Positions 1-12,137 of a stretch of DNA of 64,000 nt are shown here, piece by piece. The notes under the pieces are model-generated. The model was not told the DNA's origin. It did not search any database and saw only the letters and a list, made by a program, of their open reading frames with translations. Source of the stretch: Eledone cirrhosa (Eukaryota); contig OZ024761.1 of NCBI GenBank assembly GCA_964016885.1, forward strand, positions 13,516,001-13,580,000, given 5' to 3'. Numbering within the stretch: the stretch's first letter is position 1; every line of letters starts with the position of its first letter. The translations under genes were made by a program, and so were the position numbers.

Positions 1-14
1 AAAACATTACATAC

Positions 15-330
15 CTCTCACCATTAGTATAATATCCAGACTGATTCTATCAAATTACACGAGTAAATCCAAACGATGTTAACAGTTTAATTCAATAAAG
101 AAGAATGACAACAAACGAGAATAGTTCCAATCAGGGGCAAGTAATTCAAACGATAACTCTCGGCGAATTTTTTAGTAAAACTCAATGCGAGGTGAGGACG
201 CAGGCCAGCATAAAGCCGGCTGCCGCCGCAACGATTCGATCTTCAGACACATAGAATGGTCATACCATACCGAAGTACGACAGCGAAGCCCGAAACGTTA
301 CGTGCAGCGCCATGCACAGAGCGCAACTCT
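15..330 (-). other. Probable first exon / CpG-rich 5' region of a gene continuing off the left edge (ATG GTG AGA G|gtatgt)
   Basis: CpG-rich segment in an AT-rich background; minus-strand donor GAG|GTATGT at 15/14 with ATG at 24-22. Product not identifiable. Confidence 0.4.
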
Positions 331-385
331 ACTGAGTAATTTAGTCATACTTATAGTTAGAATTTTATTTATTAAAAAAATATAT

Positions 386-575
386 ATATAGAAACGGAAT
401 GAAGACGAGATAACTGAGGGCGTGGAGAAATATCTCTTTCTGAATAAATTTCGTATGGTGAGAATTGAGATCTCTACCGAATAATTATCAATATTATACT
501 TCGTCTCCGAAATATTTTCAGAAAGAAATTACTTTTTCACGACCGTGTTACCTTACTTTCATCCCGTTTCTATAT
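386..575. mobile_element. Fold-back MITE-like element
   Basis: atatagaaacggaatgaagacgagataac...ctttctgaataaatttcg is an imperfect inverted repeat of cgaaatattttcagaaag...gttaccttactttcatcccgtttctatat; TA flanks. Confidence 0.55.
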
Positions 576-2009
576 GTAACAAGTTTAAACTACTAGTATT
601 TAATACATATATATATACAGAACAATAAGTATATTTACTTCAAGATAGTAATGTTTATGTTAATACAGAAAATAAAAAATGCAAACCATCGATCTTAGTA
701 ATTAGTATCAATCACTAATTATCTATTTTGGTAATAAGCATCTTAAGACCATGATTTCCTTCATCGATATGTGATTAGACCAAAATTTAGTATAATATAT
801 AAAGACTGTTCTCAGCTTATGACCAGTTTGCTTGGTGTTAAGTGTCTGAGAGTACAAGACTCTCCCTGGATAGTACGCTGGTCTACCACAGGACTAACTC
901 CTTGGCTGTGAGTACTGGAGCAGTGTGATGAATGCAGAACTTCCAAACTGTGAGAGTTACATGTATGCATGGACCTGCAACTCCTAAGGGAGTCATACAG
1001 GCCACACATTGACATACAGTATTTCTAGGGCACTTTTTAAAACCTGGCAGACCCATCTCCTCTCCAGGTCTGAATACAGCAGATTTCTTCCAGAGAAACA
1101 GAAGAATCAACCTCAATACTAGACTGGTACTTTGTTTTATCAACCTCAAATGGATGAAAGGCAAAGTTGACCTCAGCAGGATTTTAATTCAGAGAACTGA
1201 AGGCATTCTGTTACATTCATATATACATACTTACTTTGTCTAATTAAAAAAACATCTTCTCTCTCTACACACATAACATATAAAGCTACATTTATATATA
1301 CCTCTTCTAAGAAATTAAACCTACTCTAGACTTACACATAGATACAGTTATATATAAATACTTACCATGTCAAATAAACACAACTAAATCTTCTCTAGTC
1401 AGACACACAAAGCTACATTTATATAAACATTCTTCTCTACAAAAGAGGATCAGCTGAAAAGCTCATAGGCTGGCTTTGAAGAAGTGATGCTAGAACTGCG
1501 AGATATTGTGGTTAGGTTCATTATCATAGGACTTGGTGGAGCAACCAAAATTCACTGCCAACTCATGTACAACTTTATGATGTTCTTGATTCATCGGTGA
1601 AAAAGAATGACTCTGGTAGTTCTGTTTCATGTGAGGAAGACAAAAGGAAACCTTCAGAGTGTGCAGTGAGCAATATGGGATATTTCTAGAATGTAACTAA
1701 TGCCAACTTGAATCATCCTTGGACATCATCATACATAGTATATATATATAGTGTGTTTAGTACAGTGTAGTTGTAGCTAACTAGGTATTTGGTTTTATGA
1801 AATGAAAGGGACAAAAAAAAAAAAACTATATATATACACTGATACTTCAATGTGTTATAAGCAATCCGATACCACTGTTGGATACATAGAGTGCTTAATT
1901 CTGCTTACACCAAAGTTTATGGATTAAGGTGGTGCAAACACAACACTTAAATAAAGGAAACAATATATGTCCATATTACAGAAAATTCTTATAATATATA
2001 TATATATAC

Positions 2010-2118
2010 ATCTCGGGCTGGATTCCGTTGAGGGTCTTTGCCACAAGTGACATCAATGAGATTCCCCTGTAGTTGTTCATCTTAGAAAGATCTCCCTTCT
2101 TTGGTACTGAGATGATGT
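2010..2118 (-). mobile_element. LINE RT fragment (RTE-like)
   Basis: Translates IISVPKKGDLSKMNNYRGISLMSLVAKTLN (RT domain 1 motif), embedded in (TA)n. Confidence 0.75.
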
Positions 2119-2149
2119 CATATATATATATACATATATATATATACAT

Positions 2150-3065
2150 ATTGTTATACTTTGGGAGGGTCATGTTGCCAATAAGAAACACACGCACCAG
2201 TTGCTTTCACTTCAATTTATTATATATTTATAAATTCATAAATTTACAAATCTACAAACTTATAAATTATAAATTTCTGGTTGGTTGGTTGGTTCCACAA
2301 CCAGATAGTTGTTTATATATATAGTCATAGTCCTTTCGTCACACTCTGTGACCTCTTCAGTGACTGGGGATTCCTTTCTTCGTTTCTGTGCCTTTTCTTT
2401 CTTCTATCCTACGCCATTTTGTTTCTGTGTGTGTGTTGTGTGCTCAGTTTGCGCATGTGCCACATCCGGGTGTCTGTGTGTGTTTGTGTTCATTTTTCTA
2501 TTTGTTTATTTATTTATTGTTGGTTGGTTGTTTGTTCTATGTGTGTGTGTGTTTTCATTTTGTCCTGTGTGTGTTTTCAATTGTAAGTTGTTTGTTCTAT
2601 GTGTGTGTGTGTTTTCATTTTGTCCTTAATTGTAAGTTGTGATGTTGCTGTTCCACTCATATTTTCTATTTAATTTTGGTTTTAATTCTTTTATGCTTAC
2701 TGCCTCTGTAATTTGCCTAAACATTGCGTCTTTTCTGTGCGTGGATTCTATTTTTATTTCTATGCTCTCTAATCTACCCCTGTGTTCTATCTTAGCATGT
2801 TGGTAGAGCACAGATGATTCTTTATTATCTTGGAGGTCTCGCCAGTGTTCATTTATTCGTTCCCCTATACTACGAGCTGTCTCACCTATGTACACTATAT
2901 TTTTGTTTCTACATTGTCCTTCAGTACATCTTATGCTATACACTACATTTCTAGTTTTACAGTTAATATGGGGGCTTATTTTACAGGTTATACATTTCTT
3001 ATCTATACATGAGGGTCTTTGGAACGGGTATGTCTTGCTAATAAGTGTTTTTACGGAGGTACCTC
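2150..3065 (-). mobile_element. Penelope-like element 3' fragment with GIY-YIG endonuclease
   Basis: ORF 2626-2943: YSIRC...VYIGETARSIGERINEH...RQITEAVSIKELKPKLN; followed by a pLTR-like region carrying a hammerhead. Confidence 0.9.
2323..2365 (-). ncRNA. Type I hammerhead ribozyme motif (Penelope pLTR)
   Basis: agtca CTGAAGA g gtcac agagt gtgac GAAA ggac TA tgact; stems I and II pair, stem III is minimal or mutated. Confidence 0.7.
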
Positions 3066-3376
3066 AACAGATTGAGTCTAAAATCTGTCCGAGAGATGAA
3101 ATGTTTTTGATACTGTCAGTATCAAATTACTATATCATACTGTATAGTTAAGATTACATTTTTAAAACATTAGTGGTATTTTATACCCTCGTAATTTTAG
3201 ACACGTGATTTACTGTTTATTTATACATATATATTACTATATAATTGTTTCTATTTTTGGCACAAGGCCAGTACATTACTGGTACTTTATTTTCTATATA
3301 ATGCTTGGTATTTATACTTTGAGCTTGTTTTAATTGCAAAGTATCTATATGAGTTAATAACTCTATATTTTATTTG

Positions 3377-3409
<33 letters not shown>

Positions 3410-3473
3410 ATATATACACATATATATATACACATATATATATACACATATATATATACATATATATATATAC

Positions 3474-3509
<36 letters not shown>

Positions 3510-3724
3510 ATATATACACATATATATATATGCTAGAGTCAGCAGCAACACACAACCACGTGTTGCTACACACACACAAGAGGAAAGAGAAAATTTAAAA
3601 TTTATGAGACCAATAGAGATATGTACATTTATATATTTATATCTAGATATTGCTATCATCATTTACAGTCCCTCTGTGTTTAATGTATGTTCATTAGTAT
3701 ATGTGTTGTTATTTCTTTTTATTT

Positions 3725-4022
3725 CTGCTTGCATTTTGCATATATACATATATATATCTATATATATGCTTGCGTGGACCCCTCTCAAAATTCGTTGGAT
3801 TTTCTAATTGGATACCCCAACACTGGATACCAACACTGAATACACCTGAACTTCTACCAGGAAATCTTTCGTTGTCATTTCTGCTTGCATTTTACATATA
3901 TAGATATATATATCAATGGTTGCTTGGACCCCTCTTAAAGATTCGTTGGATTTTCTAATTGGATACCCCGAAACTGGATACCAATCACTGAATACACCTG
4001 AACTTCTACCAGGAAATCTTTC
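3725..4022. repeat. Direct tandem duplication of ~150 bp
   Basis: ggacccctct..aaattcgttggattttctaattggatacccc...ctgaatacacctgaacttctaccaggaaatctttc occurs twice. Confidence 0.85.
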
Positions 4023-4071
4023 ATATCAGTGAAAATTTTCTTTTCTTTGCTTCATATATATTATATATACT

Positions 4072-7000
4072 TGGCCGCCATTGCAAAAGGCCATAAATTC
4101 AAAATTTTGAAGAGAGAGGAAAAGAGAGAAGTGATCTATGAACTTGTAACATCTCACTGACCCCCCCGTCACCACAATAACAATAACGCCTACACTCGCT
4201 CCCCACCATCACCACATTACTCTAAGGTCGCTGTCCTGTCCCCTGTTGACATACTGCTGACTATCTTTTGATGTATGTATGTGTATATACATATGTGTAT
4301 GTGTGTGTATATGTGTATATCTCTGTGGATGCGACCAGATTTCAACACAGCAACAACTACAACAACAACAGCAGCAACACCAACAACAACAACAACAGCA
4401 ACAACACCATCGTCTGTGTTGAATGTGTGTGTATGTATTTGTATATATGCGACAGCAATAACAGCATCAACACCATTGTCTGCAGCAACAGCAGCAGTGA
4501 AATGAAGGACAACAACAACAGTAACAACTACAGCACCAACAACTGCCACCACCATCACTGACCATCCACCACCACCACACTGACACCACCACCACACTGA
4601 CACCATCCACCACCGCCATTACCAGCGTAAACAAACAATTATTATTGTTATTGTTATTATATACAAGCCGAACTGGACTGGGAAAGGTCAACAGTTGACA
4701 TGATAGTGATTTTGACGATTTTGACTTTGATTTTGATTTTGTATCAGAACTGTCGGTAATATATGTATATATATATATGTGTTTGTGAGTTGTGTGTGTG
4801 ATTGTATGCATGAATGAGTGTTGGTATGTGTGGTTGTGGTTTGTATGCATGAGTATTAGTGTGTGAGTCGTGTCAATAAGTTGTTTTTTTTTTTGTTTTG
4901 TTTTTTTTTAAATGACCATGCTGTAAAATGGAGGGGTAGAGAGGGCCCTTGAGTCTAGTAAGACATCCTCTCTAGTGCTGGTGGCACAAATAAAAGCACC
5001 CAGTCCATGCTGTAAAGTGGCGCTGGTGTTAGGAAGGGCATCCAACCAGTGTATCAACGCCAAAAAGCTTATCAGCACAGCAACAAAACAGCATAGAAAA
5101 AAATATGAAGACGTCGCATCTCAGAGTTGCAACACTTAATGTTGGCACTCTCAGAGGTAGATCTGCTGAAATAGCGGAGATGCTGGAGAGAAGGCAGGTG
5201 GATGTGTGCTGCGTGCAAGAGGTGAGATGGAGAGGTGCCTCTGCGAGACTAGTCGTAGGCAAGCGTCTTAGCTATAAGCTATTCTGGGTAGGTAAGGATG
5301 ATGGGTTAGGGGGAGTAGGCATTTTCCTGGCTGAGAAATGGATCAATAAGACAATAGAGGTAGTTCGAGTTAGTAATCGAATAATTAAGCTTAGATTAGT
5401 TGTAGGTAGGAGACTACTGACAATCATCTCGGTCTATGCTCCCCAAGCAGGCCTAGGCAAAGATGAGAAAGACTGCTTTTATGAGCAACTTTTGCAAACA
5501 ACCACAATGACAGAGGACGGAGACATCGTTATGCTAGCAGGAGACTTCAATGGTCATGTTGGACAGCTCCAGGATGGTTACACTGGGGTACATGGTGGGC
5601 ATGGTTACGGTTCAAGAAATGAAGAAGGAGTGAGACTTCTTGAATTTTGTGATGCAAGTACATTGACTATTTGCAACACAAACTTCCAGAAACCTGCCAA
5701 TCACCTAATAACCTACAAATCTGGTGAGCACATAAGCCAGATTGACTTCCTGCTAGTTAGGCAGCGGGACAGGCAGATAGTGTCTAATACCAAGGCATAC
5801 CCTGGGGAAGAATGTACCCCACAGCATAGGTTAGTTGTTAGTGATATCTCAGTAAGCAAGAGATGGAATGAGCCATATAGGAAGGTGTGGAGAAGAAAGG
5901 TCTGGAAGCTAAAAGACCTTTCACTAAAATTCAAATTTAGGAAAGCCCTTCAAGATGTATATGACGAAAAAGAAGACGATTTAGAGACGTATGACATAGA
6001 TAATAACTGGAAGTTCTTACGTGACAACTTGCTGAAGGCTACTGATGAAACTTGTGGCTGGAGCAGAGCCCCAACCAGACAGAGAGTGACCTGGTGGTGG
6101 AACAGCAGTGTAGATAAGGCTATTAGAGACAAAAGACTAGCATGGAAGGCTTGGAATAAGGGTGGGAGTAGGGAAGAATATACAGCCACTAAGAGAGAAG
6201 CTAGACGTCAGGTGTACTTAGCACGCAGGGAGGCAGAGAGTAGGAGGTTTGCCAATGTTCTGCGACGGGAAGATCAGAGGCGTGCGGTGTTCCACATTGC
6301 AAGGCAGTGTGTCAATGCAAATCAGGATGTTGTTGGTGATAAATGTGTCCGGGATGATGCCGGTGTACTTAGTGTCACGAATGACCAGAAAAAGGAGGCC
6401 TGGAAATGCCATTATGAGAGACTGATGAATGTGGAGAACGAATGGGAGAGAGAGAAATTACCCTTGGTAGATCCGACAGAGGGACCAGCTATTGAGATTG
6501 ACGAATATAGGGTCCAAGAGGCGATTAGGGAAATGAAAAATGGTAAGGCGGCCGGACCATCGGGAATAGTTGCTGAGATGCTGAAGGCATCAGGGGACGT
6601 AGGCACTAAACTGGTTGCACGCATAATCAATCAGGCTATATATGGTGGTGTCATACCCAAAGACTGGTGCAGCAGTATTCTCATAAATTGCTACAAAGGT
6701 AAAGGGGATGCTTTGGAGAGGAGCAATTATAGGGGTATAAAACTGATAGATCAGGTTATGAAAGTGGCAGAAAGGATTTTAGCACAACTAATTAGAGAAA
6801 GGGTCAAACTAGATGAGATGCAGTTTGGTTTTGTGCCTGGGAAGAGTACAACAGATGCCCTCTTCTTGGTGAGACAAATGCAAGAGAGGTTCTTAGAGAA
6901 GAATAAGCCACTATACTTGGCCTTTGTTGACCTAGAGAAGGCCTTTGATAGGGTACCCCGATCTGTCATCTGGTGGTCCCTAAGGAAGCTGGGTGTTGAG

Positions 7001-8203
7001 GAATGGCTTGTAAGGACAGTGCAAACTTTGTACAGAGGTACTCTCAGTAAAGTCAGGGTAGGAATGGAGTTTAGTGAGGAATTCCAGATACAAGTAGGAG
7101 TACATCAGGGTTCGGTCCTCAGCCCGCTCTTGTTCATTATAGTCCTCCAAGCCATAACAGAGGAGTTTAAGACTGGCTGTCCATGGGAACTTCTCTATGC
7201 TGACGATCTGGCTCTTATGGCAGAATCAGTAGAGGAGCTAGAGAATAAATTCCGGCTATGGAAACAGCAGTTGGAAGCAAGAGGACTGAGAGTAAATCTA
7301 GCTAAGACAAAAGTGTTGATGAGTAGAAAAGAGGACAAAACCCTGATTCCGTCAGGGAAATGGCCATGTTCGATATGCAGAAAAGGAACTGGCATAAATT
7401 CTATAAAATGCACACAATGTAGGTCCTGGGTACACAAGAGATGTAGCGGGATAGCAGGCAAACTAACAGGTAGGGAGAAATATGTATGCAGTAGATGTAC
7501 AGGGAAATTAGACAGTAGAAGTCGCACTGATAGACACATTTTTCAAATGCGAGAGGGCGCTATAGAAGTGGTGGATAGCTTCCGGTACCTAGGAGATCAG
7601 ATTAGCATGGGAGGAGGGTGTTCCGAGGCCATAGTATCTAGAATAAGGACGGGTTGGAAGAAGTTTAGGGAGCTGCTTCCTCTGTTGACGAAGAAGGGTT
7701 TCTCCCTGCGTACGAAAGGCCGGTTGTATGATGCCTGTGTGAGGAGCGCGATGCTGCATGGTAGTGAGACATGGGCAGCTACCGCAGAAGATATGCGACG
7801 GCTGGAGAGAAATGAGGCAAGCATGCTCCGTTGGATGTGCAGTGTAAATGTGCGTGAACGACCCAGCATAAATGTGTTGAGAGAGAAACTGTGTCTGAGA
7901 GGGATAGAATGTAGTGTACGGGGGAGGAGACTGAGGTGGTATGGACATGTGATGCGCATGGAGGATGACCGATGGGTGAAGAAGTGCCAGGAAATGCCAG
8001 TTGAAGGAAGACGTAGTAGAGGTAGACCACGAAAAACATGGGCGGAGGTGGTGAGAACAGACCTCAGATCATTGAAGCTCACGGTGGAGATGACGAGGGA
8101 CCGTGACGAGTGGAGAGATGCTGTGCTGAATAAGACCCGTCCCACCCTTGCAAGCAGGGAAAAGCGGACGTAAAATGATGATGATGATGATGATGATGAT
8201 GAT
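4072..8203 (+). mobile_element. Full-length RTE-clade LINE (family 1); 5' boundary uncertain
   Basis: Intact APE-RT ORF, RTE-type 5' UTR motif (ggtgttaggaagggcatcca), (GAT)n tail at 8176-8203; possible TSD atatatact at 4063-4071 / 8230-8238. Confidence 0.85.
5105..8173 (+). CDS. RTE LINE ORF: AP endonuclease + reverse transcriptase with internal PHD-type finger (1022 aa)
   Basis: TLNVGTL, CVQE, VYAPQ, GDFNGH, SQIDF (APE); YRGIKL, QFGF, FVDLEKAFD, GVHQGSVLSP, YADD, FRYLG (RT); C4HC3 finger at 7367-7498; no stops. Confidence 0.97.
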   Translation: MKTSHLRVATLNVGTLRGRSAEIAEMLERRQVDVCCVQEVRWRGASARLVVGKRLSYKLFWVGKDDGLGGVGIFLAEKWINKTIEVVRVSNRIIKLRLVVGRRLLTIISVYAPQAGLGKDEKDCFYEQLLQTTTMTEDGDIVMLAGDFNGHVGQLQDGYTGVHGGHGYGSRNEEGVRLLEFCDASTLTICNTNFQKPANHLITYKSGEHISQIDFLLVRQRDRQIVSNTKAYPGEECTPQHRLVVSDISVSKRWNEPYRKVWRRKVWKLKDLSLKFKFRKALQDVYDEKEDDLETYDIDNNWKFLRDNLLKATDETCGWSRAPTRQRVTWWWNSSVDKAIRDKRLAWKAWNKGGSREEYTATKREARRQVYLARREAESRRFANVLRREDQRRAVFHIARQCVNANQDVVGDKCVRDDAGVLSVTNDQKKEAWKCHYERLMNVENEWEREKLPLVDPTEGPAIEIDEYRVQEAIREMKNGKAAGPSGIVAEMLKASGDVGTKLVARIINQAIYGGVIPKDWCSSILINCYKGKGDALERSNYRGIKLIDQVMKVAERILAQLIRERVKLDEMQFGFVPGKSTTDALFLVRQMQERFLEKNKPLYLAFVDLEKAFDRVPRSVIWWSLRKLGVEEWLVRTVQTLYRGTLSKVRVGMEFSEEFQIQVGVHQGSVLSPLLFIIVLQAITEEFKTGCPWELLYADDLALMAESVEELENKFRLWKQQLEARGLRVNLAKTKVLMSRKEDKTLIPSGKWPCSICRKGTGINSIKCTQCRSWVHKRCSGIAGKLTGREKYVCSRCTGKLDSRSRTDRHIFQMREGAIEVVDSFRYLGDQISMGGGCSEAIVSRIRTGWKKFRELLPLLTKKGFSLRTKGRLYDACVRSAMLHGSETWAATAEDMRRLERNEASMLRWMCSVNVRERPSINVLREKLCLRGIECSVRGRRLRWYGHVMRMEDDRWVKKCQEMPVEGRRSRGRPRKTWAEVVRTDLRSLKLTVEMTRDRDEWRDAVLNKTRPTLASREKRT

Positions 8204-8368
8204 ATATATACATATATATATATATATACATATATACTGCGCAGACCGGTGGGGGGTGAATTGGTACTCACAGGGGAATGGATGAAGAACCCAAGAGCAC
8301 ACACTTCGTCCGTTCCCATGTCAATTAAATTTGGATTGCCTCGGAAACATAACGTTATTATGTAACAA

Positions 8369-8442
8369 GCTGTCTGATGATGTCACGACACTCGCACACA
8401 GAACAGTGTGGCCACTGTCGCCATTGAAATATATATCACAGC
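8369..8442 (+). ncRNA. Type I hammerhead ribozyme motif
   Basis: gctgt CTGATGA tgtcacgaca...tgtcgccatt GAAA tatata TC acagc; palindromic minimal stem III. Confidence 0.6.
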
Positions 8443-9237
8443 ATTATTATTGAACATCTGAAACTATATGTGTATATATATATATGTATATATATATATG
8501 TATATATGTATGTATATATATATGTATATATATGTATATATATGTATATATATATGTATATATATGTATATATGTATATATATATATGTATATATATGTA
8601 TATATGTATATATAAATATGTATATATATGTATATATGTATATATATGTATAGATATGTACATATATATGTACATATATATGTACATATATATGTACATA
8701 TATATGTATATATATGTATATGTATATATATGTATATATACGTATATGTATATATATATATGTATATATATGTATGTATATATGTATATATATGTATGTA
8801 TGTATATGTATGTATGTGTATATATATAAGTACATATACATATATGTATATATATAAGTACATATACACACACATATATATATATATGTGTGTGTGTCTA
8901 TATATGAATATATGTGTATACATATATATATATATATGTATACATATATATATATATATGTATACATATATACATATATGTCCTGAGTTTGTCCTGATTG
9001 ACTAAAGTCAAATCTATTGTGGCCATTGCTGTAACATGGCTTCAGTCGAATGAAACCAATAAAATAATAGAGATGTAAAAGAATATAAATTTATTTTATT
9101 TATATATCAAACAGACTTTAGTGAATTTTTCTTTTGTTTTGTAATTTAAAAAAATTTTTTATAAAGTGTTTAATTTTCACAAATTTCCTCCCAGAGGTAA
9201 AATAAAACAACACAAACTACATCAACAATGACAATAA

Positions 9238-10203
9238 CTGTTTCTACTTTAGGCACAAGGCCAGCAATTACCCAGTGCATTACTGGTACTTTATTTTATC
9301 GACCCCGTAAGGATGAAAGGCAAAGTCAACCTCGGCGGGATTTGAACTCAGATCGTAAAGGGACGTAACTCTATGCTGGAAAGCATCGCGTCTGACCCTC
9401 TACCGATACGGCCAATCCACCGCCCAATAATAATAATAACAGCACAATTGTTTAGGATGCTCTCTCCCCACCCCTCTGCTGCTATTCACATATATATATA
9501 CATAGGTGGATTATATGGAAGGGTATAAACTTTCCCCTTTCATACATTTATTTTATTTTTTTTTGTTTTGTTTTATTTTGTTTTAAATATGGTTTCTTAA
9601 CAACCTTTCTCACCACAGAACAGGTGACCCATTAAAATAAACTGAAACTCCAATCAAAAAGAGAAACAAACCCACACACACAACACATTGAGATTAATAA
9701 GAGTTTAAAAAAAATAAAACATCAACATGAATATACATACATACACACACATTATATATATACATACATACACACACATTATATATACATACATACACAC
9801 ACATTATATATATATAAATGGAAGTTTGGTAAAATCGAAGCTTCCACTGTTGCTAAGCCAACGAGATATAACGAGGAATGTGCTGTCAAACACTCGATAA
9901 GGAGCCCCAGAGTAATAACTGTTTCTACGTTAGGTACAAGGCCAGCAATTACCCAGTGCATTACGGGTACTTTATTTTATCGACCCCGTAAGGATGAAAG
10001 GCAAAGTTAACCTCGGCGGGATTTGAACTCAGAATGGCAAGGGCCGTAACTCTTTGCGTCAAAGCATGGCGTCCGACCCTCTCCCAATACTGCCAATCCA
10101 CCGCCCTCAGAGTAATAACATTCGTTAGACGGCATGACAAATTGAAAGCTGTGACAGGCAGACCCAGCCACGACACCGAAGCAACGAGAAAACCAACAAG
10201 TTA

Positions 10204-10258
<55 letters not shown>

Positions 10259-10380
10259 ATTGTTTCTACTTTTGGCACAAGGCCAGCAATTACCCAATGT
10301 ATTACTGGTACTTTATTCTATCGACCCTGGAAGGATGAAAGGCAAAGTTAACCTCGGCGGGATTTGAACTCAGATCATAT
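9238..10380 (-). mobile_element. Three copies of tRNA-derived SINE family A
   Basis: Copies at ~9238-9425, 9918-10106, 10258-10380; minus strand has A/B boxes (tggcagtatcgg...gagttcaaatccc), body cctttcatccttacggggtcgataaa, and (ATT)n tail. Confidence 0.85.
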
Positions 10381-10904
10381 AGGGATATATATATATATAT
10401 AATGAGTATAACCGAAGTTGCAGCAGCAGGTAGCAGATTCGCAATCAATTTTCAAAGACTGTCACAAAGCACTCAATGAGAGGACAATCAATAAATTACT
10501 CCTCAGGGTGAACACAAGAAGTTAGGTAATAGTGACACAATGAAAAATGGGATCGGAGACATGTTGCCACATTAATACTACAACAACAAAAAATACAGAC
10601 AGGTTAAAGACAAACCTGAATATATATATATATATGTGTGTGTATATATACACACACAAGTATATTTTAAGCACATACATGGTCATAAATATATGTTTGA
10701 TTATACATATATTAAATATACAGCTATATATATATATACCTACATGTATAAAATTATAAACATATATATTACATATACACATACATGTCCTTGCACATTA
10801 ATACCTTGCATTTGAGATGGCATTCCTATAGTCTATTTTAATATGTACAATTGTAAATTGTAAACTATTCAGCTGTTGGCCTATTTGACCAGGCTGCCTG
10901 CCAG

Positions 10905-11118
10905 ACCATTTCATCTGTCAGCCAGATTAGTTTATCTGTAAGCCTGATAATTTCATCTGTCAGCCAGATCAGTTCATGTTTACCTGACAATTTCATGTCA
11001 GCCAAATCAGTTCATGTTTACCTGACAATTTTATGTCAGCCAGATTATTTCATCTGTAAGTCAGATCAGTTCATCTGTCAGCCAGATCAATTCATCTGTC
11101 AGCCAGATCAATTCATTT
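10905..11118. repeat. Degenerate ~21-bp minisatellite
   Basis: Unit ttcatctgtcagccagatcag, about 10 copies. Confidence 0.8.
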
Positions 11119-11589
11119 ATATTTCTACCACAAGTCTGACTAGCCACCCAGATATCTATTTACATCAGTGATGGGTTGCATATGGCACAGGGGCCACATG
11201 CAACCCATTCGGCTTTCTGAATTTCAAAATTGCCTTGAATATTTTTAGTAGGGCAGTTCACCTTATGATGACACTTGCAGGCCTAGGTTGATTCAACCTG
11301 CTTGATAATATAAAACCACTTGAACCGTAGTACTGCTTGGATCATGGTAGTTCTTGGTCACTCCATCCCCTTCATCACAGACATACAGCCTCCACTACTC
11401 AGCCCCATACACACAAACATACAGCTTTTCACACACAGACATACCCCAGTAGTATCTCACCACATATATACAAACCACAACACCATCCCACCACATCAGC
11501 AGTATTGCCATGTTGACAAAGACTGCTAAAAATCAGACAGAAATAAATCAGATTATGTTTTTCTCGCTTAATTGGTCGTCTGGAATAGT

Positions 11590-11983
11590 TTAACCCTTTA
11601 GCATTTAAACTGACCGTATCCAGCCAGAATTCTCTCACCTCTTTCTGTTCAAACTGGTCGTAACTAGCCACTCATACCGACATTAAGTTATTGTTTTCAA
11701 AATAAATAATAACAAATCTCATAGATTCGATATTATGTGAGATAAAGCCTTTTCTGTGAAAATGCAATAGTAAATATAGAGTAATTGTTTCTACTTTTTG
11801 GCACAAGGCCAGCAATTACCCAGTACTTTATTTTATCAACCCCGTAAGGATTAAAGGCAAAGTTAACCTCGGTGGGATTTGAACTCAGAATGGCAAGGGC
11901 CGTAACTCTATGCTTCAAAGCATGGTGCCCGACCCTCTACCGATACTGCCAATCCACCAATAATGTGAATGTTAAAGGGTTAA
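11590..11983. mobile_element. TTAA-flanked piggyBac-type MITE with nested SINE A
   Basis: TTAA CCCTTTAGCATT ... AATGTTAAAGGG TTAA; SINE A inserted at ~11783-11958. Confidence 0.8.
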
Positions 11984-12047
11984 AGCACTGTGGAAAACAA
12001 ACGCTCTACCAATCCATATAGAATTGCACTTAGATATGTTTACTGTG

Positions 12048-12089
<42 letters not shown>

Positions 12090-12137
12090 AAAAGAGTCAG
12101 GACCTCGATGGCTGAGCTCTGTCCATTTCGACAGCTA

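Noticed and set aside
185-391. 68-aa plus-strand ORF and minus-strand MALHVTFRAS ORF
   Set aside because: No recognisable motifs; more likely UTR or promoter sequence.
1436-1720. Possible mariner-like remnant
   Set aside because: Only a vague terminal resemblance; no second TIR or transposase motif.
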